64,000 nt of DNA from the human T2T-CHM13v2.0 reference genome, Homo sapiens. Below, one piece after another: positions 62,842-64,000 of this stretch. Below the pieces are notes generated by a model that saw nothing but the letters and a program-made list of their open reading frames with translations, did not search any database and was not told where the DNA came from. How positions within the stretch are numbered: the first letter of the stretch is position 1; every line of letters starts with the position of its first letter. Made by a program: the position numbers and the translations under genes. Location: the NCBI RefSeq assembly GCF_009914755.1, contig NC_060935.1, one strand, 5' to 3'.

Positions 62842-64000
62842 ATACCCTCCTAAACCTAAAACCAGTACAGTCCCACATATTTCTAAGATTGAGCTCAAAG
62901 GAGGGTATCAGGAGTTAACAATCATGAAGAATAGAATCCCCTTCTATATCTGGCAGAGCTGACCTTGTTCGTTCCTCAAGGCCCAAATCTGGTCTAGGTG
63001 GTTACCCTACACTTTCAAAATGCAAATTCTACTTCCTTCTGTAAATGTGTGCTTTTCAACCCATGGCCTAGGCATGGGGAGTAAAGGTATTCTAAGGCCT
63101 TTCACTTTACTGGGCTCAGGCCCTGCTAAATGCTTCTACTTTCCCTTGAGTTACTGTGCCATGGATAATGAATTAGCATCTGAAGGACAGAACCTTGGAC
63201 TTTGAAAAATCTTTTGAGTTGCTTTTGGCACTATCAATAAATTACCAGAGGTAAAGTTAGGACTTTGTATGTGATGTGGTTTGCTCATATTTGGAACCCT
63301 GAAAATGGGCAGATGGCTGGTAATTGCCCCTAAGAGTAGCTGCTTCCTCCTCCCAACTAAACACATTTTATGTTACCTATGAACACCATCATAGTCATGC
63401 CAAACAGAACTGAAATTAGCTGAGAATTGACTTAAGAATCCTCGACCAGTAGGGAGTCACTGCTGTGATGGACAATTCACCCCTTGGTTAGTTACGGACA
63501 TAATTTTCTCCAGGAAATTTTTGCAATTATAGCAATACAAGAGTGCAATGCAGAAATACAGATTCTAAAGAAATGCAATGAAGATATTTCAACTTACACT
63601 GGAATTACATCAAAAACTGACATGAACTAAATTGCTGGAGGGAAAGGAGGGCTGAGATTTTAGTGAGAATAGGATGCCCTCTGCTGGACATTAGGGAAGA
63701 CTTATGACAGCATGGCAGACAAGGTTGCCTTAAGCTGTCAGAGACAGTGATACTTGGGAGTAAAACAAAAACAAAACAAGAAAACTTTGGCAATAAATTT
63801 ACACTTTGGTGCTGTTTTCTAGAATATTCCCAGTAATCACAGACTATGAGAACACAAATATAAAAAAAAAATGCAAGGAAAGGGGTGAGTTTTAAAGAAT
63901 CCATAACATTCTTTCATACATGTAGCACTGAAAAAACAGCCTTCTTTTCTACATACCTCCACAAATATTTCACTGGCAAGGAAAAAATGGGAGCACATTA

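Overview
Human (primate, Alu-rich) genomic DNA, recognisable from the encoded proteins as the SIK2 / PPP2R1B locus (11q23 by recall). On the + strand are the last six coding exons of SIK2 (5928-10282, 504 aa, including the PKA motifs RRHT and RRAS) and a 3' UTR of up to ~6.7 kb with several AATAAA signals. On the - strand is the complete PPP2R1B gene (PP2A scaffold A-beta). Its 15 GT-AG exons, assembled by hand, give 1806 nt = 601 aa. Two distal alternative exons (23600-23721, 13118-13210) give a 667-aa isoform whose last coding exon lies antisense inside the SIK2 3' UTR. The CpG-island promoter carries a 5 x 18-bp GC-box/G4 tandem repeat lying within an open upstream reading frame. The rest is mostly Alu, L1, L2, MIR and DNA-transposon fossils; subfamily calls and repeat boundaries are by eye. 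No prokaryote-type system, CRISPR array, tRNA or rRNA is present. The best candidate for an under-described system is a convergent kinase/phosphatase pair whose overlap depends on 3'-end choice in both genes, with an inverted Alu pair and a perfect CRE in or next to the shared interval. Other notable items are a duplicated in-frame splice donor after PPP2R1B exon 8 and inverted Alus around exon 9.
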